64,000 nt of DNA from Planctomycetota bacterium (lineage in GTDB: Bacteria > Planctomycetota > UBA8742 > UBA2392). The stretch covers positions 12,997 through 76,996 of the forward strand of contig JADLFN010000046.1 of NCBI GenBank assembly GCA_020845475.1. The letters are read 5' to 3'. The notes under the pieces were generated by a model. It searched no databases. It was given only the letters and a program-made list of their open reading frames with translations, and was not told the DNA's origin. The first letter of the stretch is position 1; every line of letters begins with the position of its first letter. The position numbers and the translations under genes are program-made. This document shows positions 36,747-45,589 of this stretch, piece by piece.

Positions 36747-39578
36747 CTATTTCGTGTCCGTTTCGCCCTGGGGCATGAGCTTGTTGATCACTTCTGCCAC
36801 GCGTGTGGCGGGCAGTGCGAAGTTGCGCGTGCGGTCGCTGCGGGCAAGATTGAAGCCGACGATGTTCCCTTTGATGTCAATGATCGGGCCGCCCATCTGT
36901 CGTGGCGTAAGCAGCGCATCGTGCTGAATGCAGGCGCCAAAGCGATCGCAGCGAATGTTGATCGGACCCTTGTGCTGCGCATCGTTCGGATTGGGCGGCG
37001 CCTCCATCTCGGCGATTTCGACTTCAAGCGTCAGCGGCTTTCCGCCGCGAAGAAGTTTCAGCTTCATCTTGTCGCCGATCTTGTGCGCGTTGACGGCGGC
37101 GTTGAGTTCATCCATGGAACTGATGGGTTTGTCGTCGGCCTCAAGAATGATGTCGCCATCGCCAATGCCGGCAAGGTCCGCCGCGCTGCCATCGCGCACA
37201 GCACTGACTTTCAAGCCGGTCTCGGCGGGCTCGCCGGCCGCAACTCCGAGGTCGGGCTTGCCTGTGCCCTGCGGTTTTTGCTCCGGGCCGGCGCCGCCGC
37301 CGCCGGGCATGTCTTTGCGCGCTCCCAGAGTGACTTTCAATTTCTGGCCGGCTTCGCCGCGCTTGATTTCGATTTCCACAACTGCGCCAGGCACCTGCCC
37401 GCGCATGAACGCCATAAACGCATCGCGCGAAGCCATGGCAGCGCCATCGATCTTGACAATGATATCGCCAACTTTCAGGCCGCCCTTTTCAGCCGGTTGG
37501 CCCGCCGTCACGGCCGTAACCTTGACGCCTCCGGGCGCGTCCTCCACACCTACGCCCATGACCGCGTCGTTGGGTAGAGGGCGCGCGTTCTGGTCTGTGT
37601 CGTAGGGCGGCAGGGCCACAAATCCGTAGCCCACCACCTTGCCCTTTTCATCCAGCGTGCCGACCAGCGATCCGACCGCGGGAAACTCCTGCGCATCAAA
37701 GCGAACCACGCTCACCAGCGTGGACGCGGCTTTCAGCAGCGCGATATCCGTGCGCGGATCCTGCGCCACAAGTGTGGCCTCCATAGGCGTACCGCTGCGT
37801 CCGACGAGGGTAATCTTTTCGCCTTCAATCAGCTCACTCGCCTTGCAGATCAGGTAACCCTTGGCGTGCACGGCCGTGGCAAACGTAGCCTGTTTGCCCT
37901 TCTGCTTCACACTGAACACAGCGTCCTGGTGCTTGGCGGTTATCTTTTCCCATAGTTTGAGCAGATTGTCCGATTGCTTGAACACGCTCGTGGCCGCACC
38001 ACCCGTGTCTGACCCGCCCATTTCCAGCGGCACGGTTTCGACGGTGTAGCCGCGTTTGACGGAGAGCTGGATCGGGGTGCGGGCATCACTGGTGAAGAGC
38101 GCGTTGGCGAAGTCGATCGTGGTCTTGACCTTCACGCTGCCCACTTTGGTGATGACGTCGTTGACCTTGAGACCGGCCTTGTAGCCAAGCGAGTCCTCGG
38201 CGACCTCGCAGACCTGCGCGCCGCCCGAAGAAATGACCTTGATGCCCAGAGGAGGCAACGTGAGCTTGATTTCGGGCGCCTTCTCTTTCTTGCGCGAGAC
38301 TGACACAGCGGCCTCGCTTAGGCCCTCGAACAGCAGCGCATCGACATAGTCCTGGGCGCCGGCGATTTTCTTCTTTCCAATCTTCTGGATGATGTCGTCC
38401 TTGCGCAGGCCGGCTTTGTCGGCGGGCGAACCGGGAATAACCTCGCTGACACGCACGCCGCTGCTCACACGCACACTCAAGCCCAGCATGGGCTTGACCT
38501 TGGCCTTGGCGCACAGGTCTTCGACCGCGAGGTAATCCTTGCGCTGGCGCAGGCAATCGAGGTCGCTGTCCTTGCGCACGTGGTCAATGTCGTCCCAGCC
38601 GGCCTCCACGCTGGCCTTGAACAGCTCGACTGCCTTTTTCTGGGAGGCGTCTGCCTGCGCGCCCTTCTGTTTGGTCGAGAGCATGGAGTAGATGCAGGCG
38701 AGGTTGTAAAGCACGCCCTCATCGAGCCCCTTCTTTGAGGCAAAGGGCTGCACCAGCTTCTCGGCCTGCTCGAAGTTCTTGCCGCCGTGGGCTTCCATGG
38801 CCTTGCCATAGGCCTCGCGCTCTTCATCTGTCAGACCGTCGCTCTGGACACCGCGACCAAAGCGCGGCTGGCCGCGCACCGGGTGCAGGCACTTCTTCTG
38901 CTTCATTTCATCAAGTTCGAGCTTGAACATGGCAACGGGAGTGGCGTTGTTGATGCGCGCATCCATGCCATGGATGGACTGGTTAATGCCGACTTGCTTG
39001 CCGGAAAGATCAAACGTGGGGCCGCCGGAATCCCCGTGGATCACGGGTGTATCCATGGTGATGAAGCCCTGTCGGTTCTTGGACAGCAACACGCGGCCGC
39101 AGCGCACCACGGCATCGCGCCCTTTTTCCACGCCAAGGGGGTGGCCCATGGAAATGAGCCACTGGCCGTTTTTCACTTTGTCGGAGTCGCCCAGTTCAAC
39201 GAAGGGGACTTTCTTGCCCTTGGTGTCGGCCTTGATCAGGCCGAAGTCCATGGCCATGTCGGTGCCATAGACGGTGCCTTCGAACTCTTCGCCGCCATAG
39301 GCAATGATCCTGCACTTGACGTCAGGTTTTACTTCGCATACGTGTGCGCAGGTTGCAATCCAGCCGTCGGCGGAGATGAAACTGCCCGAGCCGCTGGAGT
39401 TGCTCATGCGCACGCCGACTACGGCGGGGCGCAGTTTCGTCGCAAGCTCCTGCACGGTTTTTTCAAGTTTGGCGAAATCCTCGAACGTGGAAACGCCGGC
39501 ATCCTGAGCCTGCGGAGCCTGCAGCGAGAGGGCGCACAGCACTGCCAACAACAGGATTGCCGGGGCCAGCTTATTCAT
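36747..39578 (-). CDS. 943-aa secreted HtrA-like serine protease with several PDZ domains and a second, apparently inactive, protease-like domain
   Basis: Signal peptide. Active domain with ATCAHV (His), DFGLIKAD (Asp) and GDSGGP (Ser). Several PDZ-like GLKVGD/GLRKDD units. The C-terminal IQHDALLTPRQMGGPIIDIKGNIVGFN mimics the Ser motif but has Met at the Ser position. Confidence 0.85.
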   Translation of the reverse strand: MNKLAPAILLLAVLCALSLQAPQAQDAGVSTFEDFAKLEKTVQELATKLRPAVVGVRMSNSSGSGSFISADGWIATCAHVCEVKPDVKCRIIAYGGEEFEGTVYGTDMAMDFGLIKADTKGKKVPFVELGDSDKVKNGQWLISMGHPLGVEKGRDAVVRCGRVLLSKNRQGFITMDTPVIHGDSGGPTFDLSGKQVGINQSIHGMDARINNATPVAMFKLELDEMKQKKCLHPVRGQPRFGRGVQSDGLTDEEREAYGKAMEAHGGKNFEQAEKLVQPFASKKGLDEGVLYNLACIYSMLSTKQKGAQADASQKKAVELFKASVEAGWDDIDHVRKDSDLDCLRQRKDYLAVEDLCAKAKVKPMLGLSVRVSSGVRVSEVIPGSPADKAGLRKDDIIQKIGKKKIAGAQDYVDALLFEGLSEAAVSVSRKKEKAPEIKLTLPPLGIKVISSGGAQVCEVAEDSLGYKAGLKVNDVITKVGSVKVKTTIDFANALFTSDARTPIQLSVKRGYTVETVPLEMGGSDTGGAATSVFKQSDNLLKLWEKITAKHQDAVFSVKQKGKQATFATAVHAKGYLICKASELIEGEKITLVGRSGTPMEATLVAQDPRTDIALLKAASTLVSVVRFDAQEFPAVGSLVGTLDEKGKVVGYGFVALPPYDTDQNARPLPNDAVMGVGVEDAPGGVKVTAVTAGQPAEKGGLKVGDIIVKIDGAAMASRDAFMAFMRGQVPGAVVEIEIKRGEAGQKLKVTLGARKDMPGGGGAGPEQKPQGTGKPDLGVAAGEPAETGLKVSAVRDGSAADLAGIGDGDIILEADDKPISSMDELNAAVNAHKIGDKMKLKLLRGGKPLTLEVEIAEMEAPPNPNDAQHKGPINIRCDRFGACIQHDALLTPRQMGGPIIDIKGNIVGFNLARSDRTRNFALPATRVAEVINKLMPQGETDTK

Positions 39579-39685
39579 GGTCGTGCTCCACGCGCCTGCA
39601 CTAACAACGGGTATGTGTAGGTTAGGTAGAAGATGTTAACTTCCCGCTTACAACAAAACGTACTGTCAACCAGAGAGAATCGCCC

Positions 39686-40123
39686 GTGACCACAGTCTAC
39701 CTGATACGCCACGCCGAAGCCTTGGCCCGCGAGGACTGGAGCGAAGACGACAAAGACCGCCCCTTGACCGAAAAGGGCGAAAAGCAGGCGCTGGCACTGG
39801 CCAAAACGCTTGCCAAGTGCGGCATCAACGAGATTCGCACCTCGCCCGCGACGCGATGCCGCGAAACTGCCGCGCCGCTCGCATCCGCGTTGAAACTTTC
39901 ACTGGTGGTGGATCCCGAACTGGCGGAAGGCGGAGCCGCGCTGAGGCTTCGCTTTGCCGGCCCCAACTACGCGCTGTGCTCGCACGGCGACCGCATTCCC
40001 GCAACGCTGGATGAACTTGGCATCAAGTGGGAAAAGTGCAAAAAGGGCAGTGTCTGGGTTGTCGGCTTTGACAAGACGGGCAGGGTCATCAAGACTGACT
40101 ATCTCGCGCCCGACGACCGCTGA
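39686..40123 (+). CDS. histidine phosphatase family protein (SixA-like)
   Basis: VYLIRHAEA (RHG motif region) ...SPATRCRETA... CSHGD. GTG start. Confidence 0.75.
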   Translation: MTTVYLIRHAEALAREDWSEDDKDRPLTEKGEKQALALAKTLAKCGINEIRTSPATRCRETAAPLASALKLSLVVDPELAEGGAALRLRFAGPNYALCSHGDRIPATLDELGIKWEKCKKGSVWVVGFDKTGRVIKTDYLAPDDR

Positions 40124-40232
40124 ACGCCGGCATGACGTTGCCGTGAAACTGGCAGCACGTTGAATGGCTTTTGAATGGGCGCAAGCGCGCCCGTTCTCGT
40201 TACACTATGAGAGAGGACTGTCAGGAGAGGCC

Positions 40233-41885
40233 ATGCTTTCACGTGTGAACGCGACTGTACTTGCTTTGGCCGCGATGCTCGTCAGCTTGGCGGTTGTTCC
40301 CGCTGAGGCCAAGATCAACAAAGCGGAACAAGCCCAGAAGTGGGCAGTGTGCGAAAAGCTGCTCAAAGATCCCAAGTGCGACATTGACTCGCAGGTGGAC
40401 AGCGTAAAGACACTGACCGGTGTGGTGGACTACGAAATTGCGGTCAAGCTGCTGGGTTATTGGGAAGCCTGCGACAACGGCGGAGTCGTGGAGCGCGACG
40501 CCAAAGGTAAGCCCAAGCCGCCGGACAAAGACGCTCGTCCCAAAGGCGCGCACAAGATCGCCATGGAGATTCTAAAGCAGGTGCGCGGCATCACCGAGCC
40601 TGAAGAGACCCTGAAATTTTCCAAGGACGTGCTGGACAAGAACAAGTGGCCGCTGCGCGTGCGCACGGCGCTGTTTGACACCATCGCCGCCAACGCTTCT
40701 GCCAATGCGGACTGCATGGCGTTCATCATGAAGTCGGCCAAAGAAGTGCCCGATGTAGACGTGCGGGTGCTTGCAATTTCGTCGCTGGTAGCCCACGCCG
40801 ACGCGACCGGCGTTTACGATCTGGCTTGCAGCGCGCTCAACGACAAAAGCTGGCGCGTGCGTGACGTGGCCATCGACCTGCTGTTGGCCTGCGCCTCGAG
40901 CGACAAAGACCGCGCGATTCTGGCGCTGATTAATCGCCTCGCGATCGAACAGGGCAAGCTCAAGCTGACGCTCTCCAAGGCGCTGGCCAAGTTGACCAAC
41001 GAGACGCTGGGCACCGATTCCAACGCCTGGGTGGACTGGTGGAAAGAAAAGAAGCGCGCCGAAGCCGGCCTGCCGCCCAAGAAAGAAGACAGCGGCAAAG
41101 GCACGGCAGTAAAGAAAATCTTCGATACGGAGACGTTCTCAGACCGCTACATTTTCGTGATTGACGCGTCGGATTCAATGACACGCAAAATCACACCCGA
41201 AGAACTCGAGAAGCTCAAGAAGGCCGTGACCGGCGAGAAGAAGGGCGACGACAAACGCCGCGACCTCGACTGGAGCAAAATTTCGTGCAAACTTGATCTT
41301 GCCCGCGAAGAACTGATCCGCTCGCTCGAAATCCTCGATCCCAAGGTCGCGCGCTTTACGATTATCTCGTTCAAAGACGACATCTCCATCTGGAGCGACG
41401 AACTGCGCCCCACCGAGCCCAAGATCGTGGGTGAAGCGGCAACCTGGCTGCGCGGCTTGAGCGGCAAGAACAAAACGAACATCTCCGGCGCCATGGATTC
41501 CGCATTTGACATGTGCGAGAAGATTGCGGGTGTGGATCCCGCCAAACTGCAGAAGAAGGAAAAGGGCGTGGTCACCGGGCCGCACCCTGACGACTACGTG
41601 CCGGACACGATCTTCCTTTACAGCGACGGTTACGCCACCAGCGGCAAGTACGGCGCAAGCACCGACGAACTCAAGGCCATGGCCAAGGGCAAGGATCTGG
41701 CCACGGTTTATCGCGGCATCATGACCGATTACTTGTCCTATGTGCGGGACCGCAACCGCATCTTGAGGCTGTCAATCCACACCGTAGGGGTCGGCTTGCA
41801 GGATGACTGGTTCCTGGGCAACCTGGCCAAACAGAACGATGGCAGCTATCTGGCCCTGGCGCGGGAAAAGCACGAGTCGAAGTAG
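40233..41885 (+). CDS. secreted HEAT-like repeat + von Willebrand factor A domain protein
   Basis: ATG 40233 after aggagagg. Signal peptide MLSRVNATVLALAAMLVSLAVVPAEA. HEAT-like DVRVLAISSL / SWRVRDVAIDLL. VWA MIDAS motif YIFVIDASDSM. Confidence 0.8.
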   Translation: MLSRVNATVLALAAMLVSLAVVPAEAKINKAEQAQKWAVCEKLLKDPKCDIDSQVDSVKTLTGVVDYEIAVKLLGYWEACDNGGVVERDAKGKPKPPDKDARPKGAHKIAMEILKQVRGITEPEETLKFSKDVLDKNKWPLRVRTALFDTIAANASANADCMAFIMKSAKEVPDVDVRVLAISSLVAHADATGVYDLACSALNDKSWRVRDVAIDLLLACASSDKDRAILALINRLAIEQGKLKLTLSKALAKLTNETLGTDSNAWVDWWKEKKRAEAGLPPKKEDSGKGTAVKKIFDTETFSDRYIFVIDASDSMTRKITPEELEKLKKAVTGEKKGDDKRRDLDWSKISCKLDLAREELIRSLEILDPKVARFTIISFKDDISIWSDELRPTEPKIVGEAATWLRGLSGKNKTNISGAMDSAFDMCEKIAGVDPAKLQKKEKGVVTGPHPDDYVPDTIFLYSDGYATSGKYGASTDELKAMAKGKDLATVYRGIMTDYLSYVRDRNRILRLSIHTVGVGLQDDWFLGNLAKQNDGSYLALAREKHESK

Positions 41886-41931
41886 GCTTTTCTCCTGCAT
41901 CGCATCGAGCTTCATGCGCTAGAATCAGCGC

Positions 41932-42411
41932 ATGAAGCTCGATCAACGTCAGGTGCGCAACATTGTCGCAGGCGGCGTGCTGCTGCTGCTTGTGATCCTG
42001 GTGATGTGGTGGTTTGGCGTGTTCGAGGCCAAGGGCAGCGACGAAGACCAGATCCGCCGCGTAACCGAGCATGCGCAGTCAGAATTCAACGACCACGACT
42101 GGGACGATCTGCTGCAATATTGTCTCGTCGAGCCAGACACACCGCAGCGCCGCAAGCAATGGGTCGATAGCGTACCGCGCCAGGCCAACGGCATCCGCAT
42201 CATGAGCATCATGCACACGCAGCCATTGAGCGTGCCCGTGGGCGCCGTCACCTACGAAAGTGAGATCAGCATCGTGGCGCAGCCGATCATCGGCGCCACG
42301 CGCATCGAAGTGCCCAAGGGCAAGCTCTATTACGTGAAGAAGAACGGCGTGTGGCTGATTGACCTGGAAAAGAGCGCGCCCAACTTCGGCGTGCCCGTGC
42401 CGCCGCGCTAA
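41932..42411 (+). CDS. membrane-anchored hypothetical protein (159 aa)
   Basis: N-terminal TM segment IVAGGVLLLLVILVMWWFGVF followed by a small globular domain. No motif recognised. Confidence 0.6.
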   Translation: MKLDQRQVRNIVAGGVLLLLVILVMWWFGVFEAKGSDEDQIRRVTEHAQSEFNDHDWDDLLQYCLVEPDTPQRRKQWVDSVPRQANGIRIMSIMHTQPLSVPVGAVTYESEISIVAQPIIGATRIEVPKGKLYYVKKNGVWLIDLEKSAPNFGVPVPPR

Positions 42412-42569
42412 GCGGCCTTTTTGCGATCCGCCGGCTTCTTGGCGCGCAGGGAGGTGACCTTCGTGTACGTAACCTTCATAGGCCGCGGCTTGATGACAAA
42501 TTTCTTGCCATCTTCCGTGTAGCCCCAGGCGGAAAACATTGCCTGCCGTTTGGAGCTGGATTTGTTCAT
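42408..42569 (-). CDS. small basic ORF (53 aa), not in the ORF track
   Basis: Hand translation MNKSSSKRQAMFSAWGYTEDGKKFVIKPRPMKVTYTKVTSLRAKKPADRKKAA*. GGGAG lies 8 nt upstream. The ATG overlaps the TGA of the upstream reading frame (ATGA). The 3' end overlaps the stop of the convergent 41932..42411 gene. Confidence 0.4.
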   Translation of the reverse strand: MNKSSSKRQAMFSAWGYTEDGKKFVIKPRPMKVTYTKVTSLRAKKPADRKKAA

Positions 42570-42709
42570 GCCGCTGCTCCCAGGATTACGTCTCGCTCCT
42601 CGATGATGATGTTATCAACCAGTACCTGTACACGGTAGGGCCCCGCAGACAAGTCCGATCCACCCTGGACAAATGCGCATTGCAGGTACGGGATGTTCTG
42701 AGGTACGAG

Positions 42710-42913
42710 TTATTCGGGTGAAAAGTCGCAGCGTTCGCCGTCAGGACCCAGCAGTAACGCACGCAGCAACACACCTTGGTGAAGTTCGCGAATCTCGCAG
42801 AAGACATCGATTGAGTTTGACTCGAATTCGATTCCTGGATGTGTGAGGACGTACCCACCCTCGGCGAGCGTCGCCTCCTCGCAAACTACCATGGATTGCA
42901 TGGACGGATTCAT
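42710..42913 (-). CDS. small hypothetical ORF (67 aa) immediately after mraY; the frame continues past an in-frame TAA
   Basis: MNPSMQSMVVCEEATLAEGGYVLTHPGIEFESN...GPDGERCDFSPE*. The same frame continues LVPQNIPYLQCAFVQGGSDLSAGPYRVQVLVDNIIIEERDVILGAAA* down to 42566. Confidence 0.45.
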   Translation of the reverse strand: MNPSMQSMVVCEEATLAEGGYVLTHPGIEFESNSIDVFCEIRELHQGVLLRALLLGPDGERCDFSPE

Positions 42914-42922
42914 ACAGGAGTC

Positions 42923-44125
42923 CTAGCGGCTCACCAAGACATCGACTACGTTCCTGCTGGTGTTCTTGGTCTTTTCACGAGACTGCTCGTCAGTCCTTTC
43001 CGGCAAACGCACGAACGTTGCCGCCAGTGCCAGCCCCACGAACGCGCAGGCGCAGGCTGCCGCCACGAAATGCTTCGTCACCTTGGTTTCGTGCCAGCCG
43101 CCAAACTGGAAATGATGGTGCAGCGGCGCGCAGCGGAAGATGCGTTTGCCGTGTGTCGCTTTGAAATACCCCACTTGCAGCATGACGCTGAGCGCCTCGA
43201 CCACAAATACGCCCCCCACCACCGCCAGCAACAATTCAAGCCGCGCCAGCACCGCGATGAAGCCGAGCAAGGCTCCTAGCGACAGGCTGCCCGTGTCGCC
43301 CATGAACACCTTGGCCGGATGGCGATTCCAATAGAGGAAACCGAGCAGCGCGCCGGATGCCGCGCAGCCCAGCAGCGCGGCTTCCAACGAAAGAGAAGAC
43401 GCGCTGCCGAATGCTGCGATCAACGCCGCGCCGCCGGCCATTGCGTAAAAGGCGATGCTGCCCGTTCCGCCGGCGAGGCCATCAAGTCCGTCAGTGAGGT
43501 TGTAGGCATTCCCCGCGCCCACGATCACGAAGGTGCCCAACGGGATCATCCAAACGCCAATGTCCACGTTTGCAAATGGCAGCACCAGCACGCGCCCCTC
43601 TTCACCCACCAGCCACCAGGCGCCCGCCGAGGCAGCAACCGCGATCACGGTTTGTGCGCCCAGCTTCACCTTGCTGCTGATGCCGTCTTTGCCCCGCTTG
43701 GTGAGTTTGCAGTAGTCGTCGTACAGGCCCAGCGCCGCATTGCCCAGTACCACAAAGGCGGCCAAGCCAAGCGCGCTCCAAACGCGCACGGGATCAAAAC
43801 CCATCAGTGTCATGGCGGCACCGCCCAGTGCGATCACGAACAGCCACGCGGGAACGATGAACGCTCCGCCCATGGTGGGCGTGTTCTTCTTGTCGGCATG
43901 CAGCATGCGCAGATAGTCGCTGGCTTTGCGCTGTTCGCCATCATTGATCTTGCGCTTCACCAGCCACGGAATGACCAGCCGGCCCGCAGCCGCGCACGCA
44001 ATGGCGCTCAGCGCGCACAGCAATAGCGCCATCACGAGCATGATTACAGCCGACTCGGGGTCGGCGATCGCGAGCAGTGTTGACATGTCAAGCCTCTCAG
44101 GAAGCAATCGAGTCGGGAAGCGCAT
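42923..44125 (-). CDS. mraY: phospho-N-acetylmuramoyl-pentapeptide transferase
   Basis: ..GNAYNLTDGLDGLAGG.., ..FMGDTGSLSLGALLG.., ..PLHHHFQFGGW... An alternative start MSTLL at 44086 would remove the overlap with murF. Confidence 0.95.
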   Translation of the reverse strand: MRFPTRLLPERLDMSTLLAIADPESAVIMLVMALLLCALSAIACAAAGRLVIPWLVKRKINDGEQRKASDYLRMLHADKKNTPTMGGAFIVPAWLFVIALGGAAMTLMGFDPVRVWSALGLAAFVVLGNAALGLYDDYCKLTKRGKDGISSKVKLGAQTVIAVAASAGAWWLVGEEGRVLVLPFANVDIGVWMIPLGTFVIVGAGNAYNLTDGLDGLAGGTGSIAFYAMAGGAALIAAFGSASSLSLEAALLGCAASGALLGFLYWNRHPAKVFMGDTGSLSLGALLGFIAVLARLELLLAVVGGVFVVEALSVMLQVGYFKATHGKRIFRCAPLHHHFQFGGWHETKVTKHFVAAACACAFVGLALAATFVRLPERTDEQSREKTKNTSRNVVDVLVSR

Positions 44126-45587
44126 CGCCCACTGGCAATTCGCGCAACGTCGGGCGCAATGAGCGCACGGCCACAGTCGTTGCGAACTTCAGGCGCAGCG
44201 CCTGGGTAATGCGCTCAAGCTTCATGCCATGGCTGCCCTTGAGCAGCACGATGTCGCCCTCGCCCAGTTCGCGCATGAGTTCGGCCGCGGCTTCGCCGGC
44301 ATCGCGACAGCGCCAGACAGCGCCGTGTCCGCGGTTCTCAAAGTGCTCTTCCAGCGCGTCGGCGATCACGCCCGTGCTTTTTCCCACCGTTAACACGAGG
44401 TCGGGCGCAACCGTGGTGGCAAAGGCGCCAACTTCGCGATGGAGGCGCTCACTGTGCCCACCCAGCTCCAGCATGTCGCCAAGAACCGCCACGCGCTGGC
44501 CTTTGCACGGGAAGCCAGCGAGCGTTTTCAGCGCAGCACACATGCTGGCCGGGTTGGCGTTGTAACTGTCATCGATCACGCCTACACCGCCGAACTGGCG
44601 GTACTCCAGCCGGTGCGGCGCAGGCTCAGCCTCGCGCAACGCGGCCTGCATGTCGCGCATGTCCACGCCGCTGACCCAGCCCGTCGCAATCGCCGCCAGC
44701 GCATTGAGCACGTTGTGCCGGCCAAGCAGCGGCAGATCAAACTCATAGCGATCATTGAGAGTGAAATGCGTGCCTTCGCGATCCATTTGAATGTTGCTCG
44801 CGCGGATCTCGCAGCGGTCGTCCGTACCGTAGCTCACGATGCGGCAGCACGCACGCGTAGCCGCGCGCACGCAGCGCACGTCGTCATGGTTGACAATCGC
44901 GATGCCGTCGCGCGGCAGCGCCTCCAATAGCGCCGCTTCTTCATTGAGTACGCCATCGAGGTCGCCCAGGCCCTGCAGGTGCTCTTCGGAGATGCTGGTA
45001 AGGACCGCGCAGCGCGGCTTGGCGATCGCAGCCAGCCTGGCAACTTCGCCCAACTGATTTGTGCCAAGTTCGACCACCGCAAAGTCGTGGCGCTCGCTCA
45101 ACCGTAAGAGCGTAAGCGGAACGCCAATCAGATTGTTTTCGTTCGCGTGATTTTGCAGCGTCGTGAAGCGTCGATTGAGCACGGCAAAACACAGTTCGCG
45201 CGTTGTGGTTTTGCCGTTGCTGCCGCCGATGCCGATCACGCAGGCCTTGAGCGCCTGCACGCTGGCCGTGGCCAGGTGGCCCAGCGCAACCAGAGTGTCG
45301 GGCACAATGATCGTAGGCACCGTGGGCGTGAACCCCTGCGGCAGGCGTTGCGTAACGAGTGCACAGGCGCCGCGCTTTTGCGCGGCTTCAAGGTAACTCG
45401 CGCCATCGAAGTTCGGGCCGGTAAGCGCGACGAACACGTCGCCCGCTACAAGCGTGCGCGAATCGGTCGAGATGCCGCGCGCCCAAAGCAATGCCGCGCG
45501 CTGGCTGTCGGAGCTGTCAGCGCTGGGGCGCAGCGCCCACTCTCCACCCATGGCAAGCTTGATTTCTTTGACGCTCATTTCACGCAT
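44097..45587 (-). CDS. murF: UDP-N-acetylmuramoyl-tripeptide--D-alanyl-D-alanine ligase
   Basis: Mur ligase P-loop GIGGSNGKTTTRE. Position between murE and mraY. Confidence 0.93.
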   Translation of the reverse strand: MREMSVKEIKLAMGGEWALRPSADSSDSQRAALLWARGISTDSRTLVAGDVFVALTGPNFDGASYLEAAQKRGACALVTQRLPQGFTPTVPTIIVPDTLVALGHLATASVQALKACVIGIGGSNGKTTTRELCFAVLNRRFTTLQNHANENNLIGVPLTLLRLSERHDFAVVELGTNQLGEVARLAAIAKPRCAVLTSISEEHLQGLGDLDGVLNEEAALLEALPRDGIAIVNHDDVRCVRAATRACCRIVSYGTDDRCEIRASNIQMDREGTHFTLNDRYEFDLPLLGRHNVLNALAAIATGWVSGVDMRDMQAALREAEPAPHRLEYRQFGGVGVIDDSYNANPASMCAALKTLAGFPCKGQRVAVLGDMLELGGHSERLHREVGAFATTVAPDLVLTVGKSTGVIADALEEHFENRGHGAVWRCRDAGEAAAELMRELGEGDIVLLKGSHGMKLERITQALRLKFATTVAVRSLRPTLRELPVGDALPDSIAS

Positions 45588-45589
45588 GG

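Noticed and set aside
42586-42858. 90-aa minus-strand ORF (and 42539..42721 on the + strand) in the post-mraY region
   Set aside because: Cys/Ser/Thr-rich with implausible composition. It overlaps, in another frame, the more protein-like 67+46-codon reading frame.
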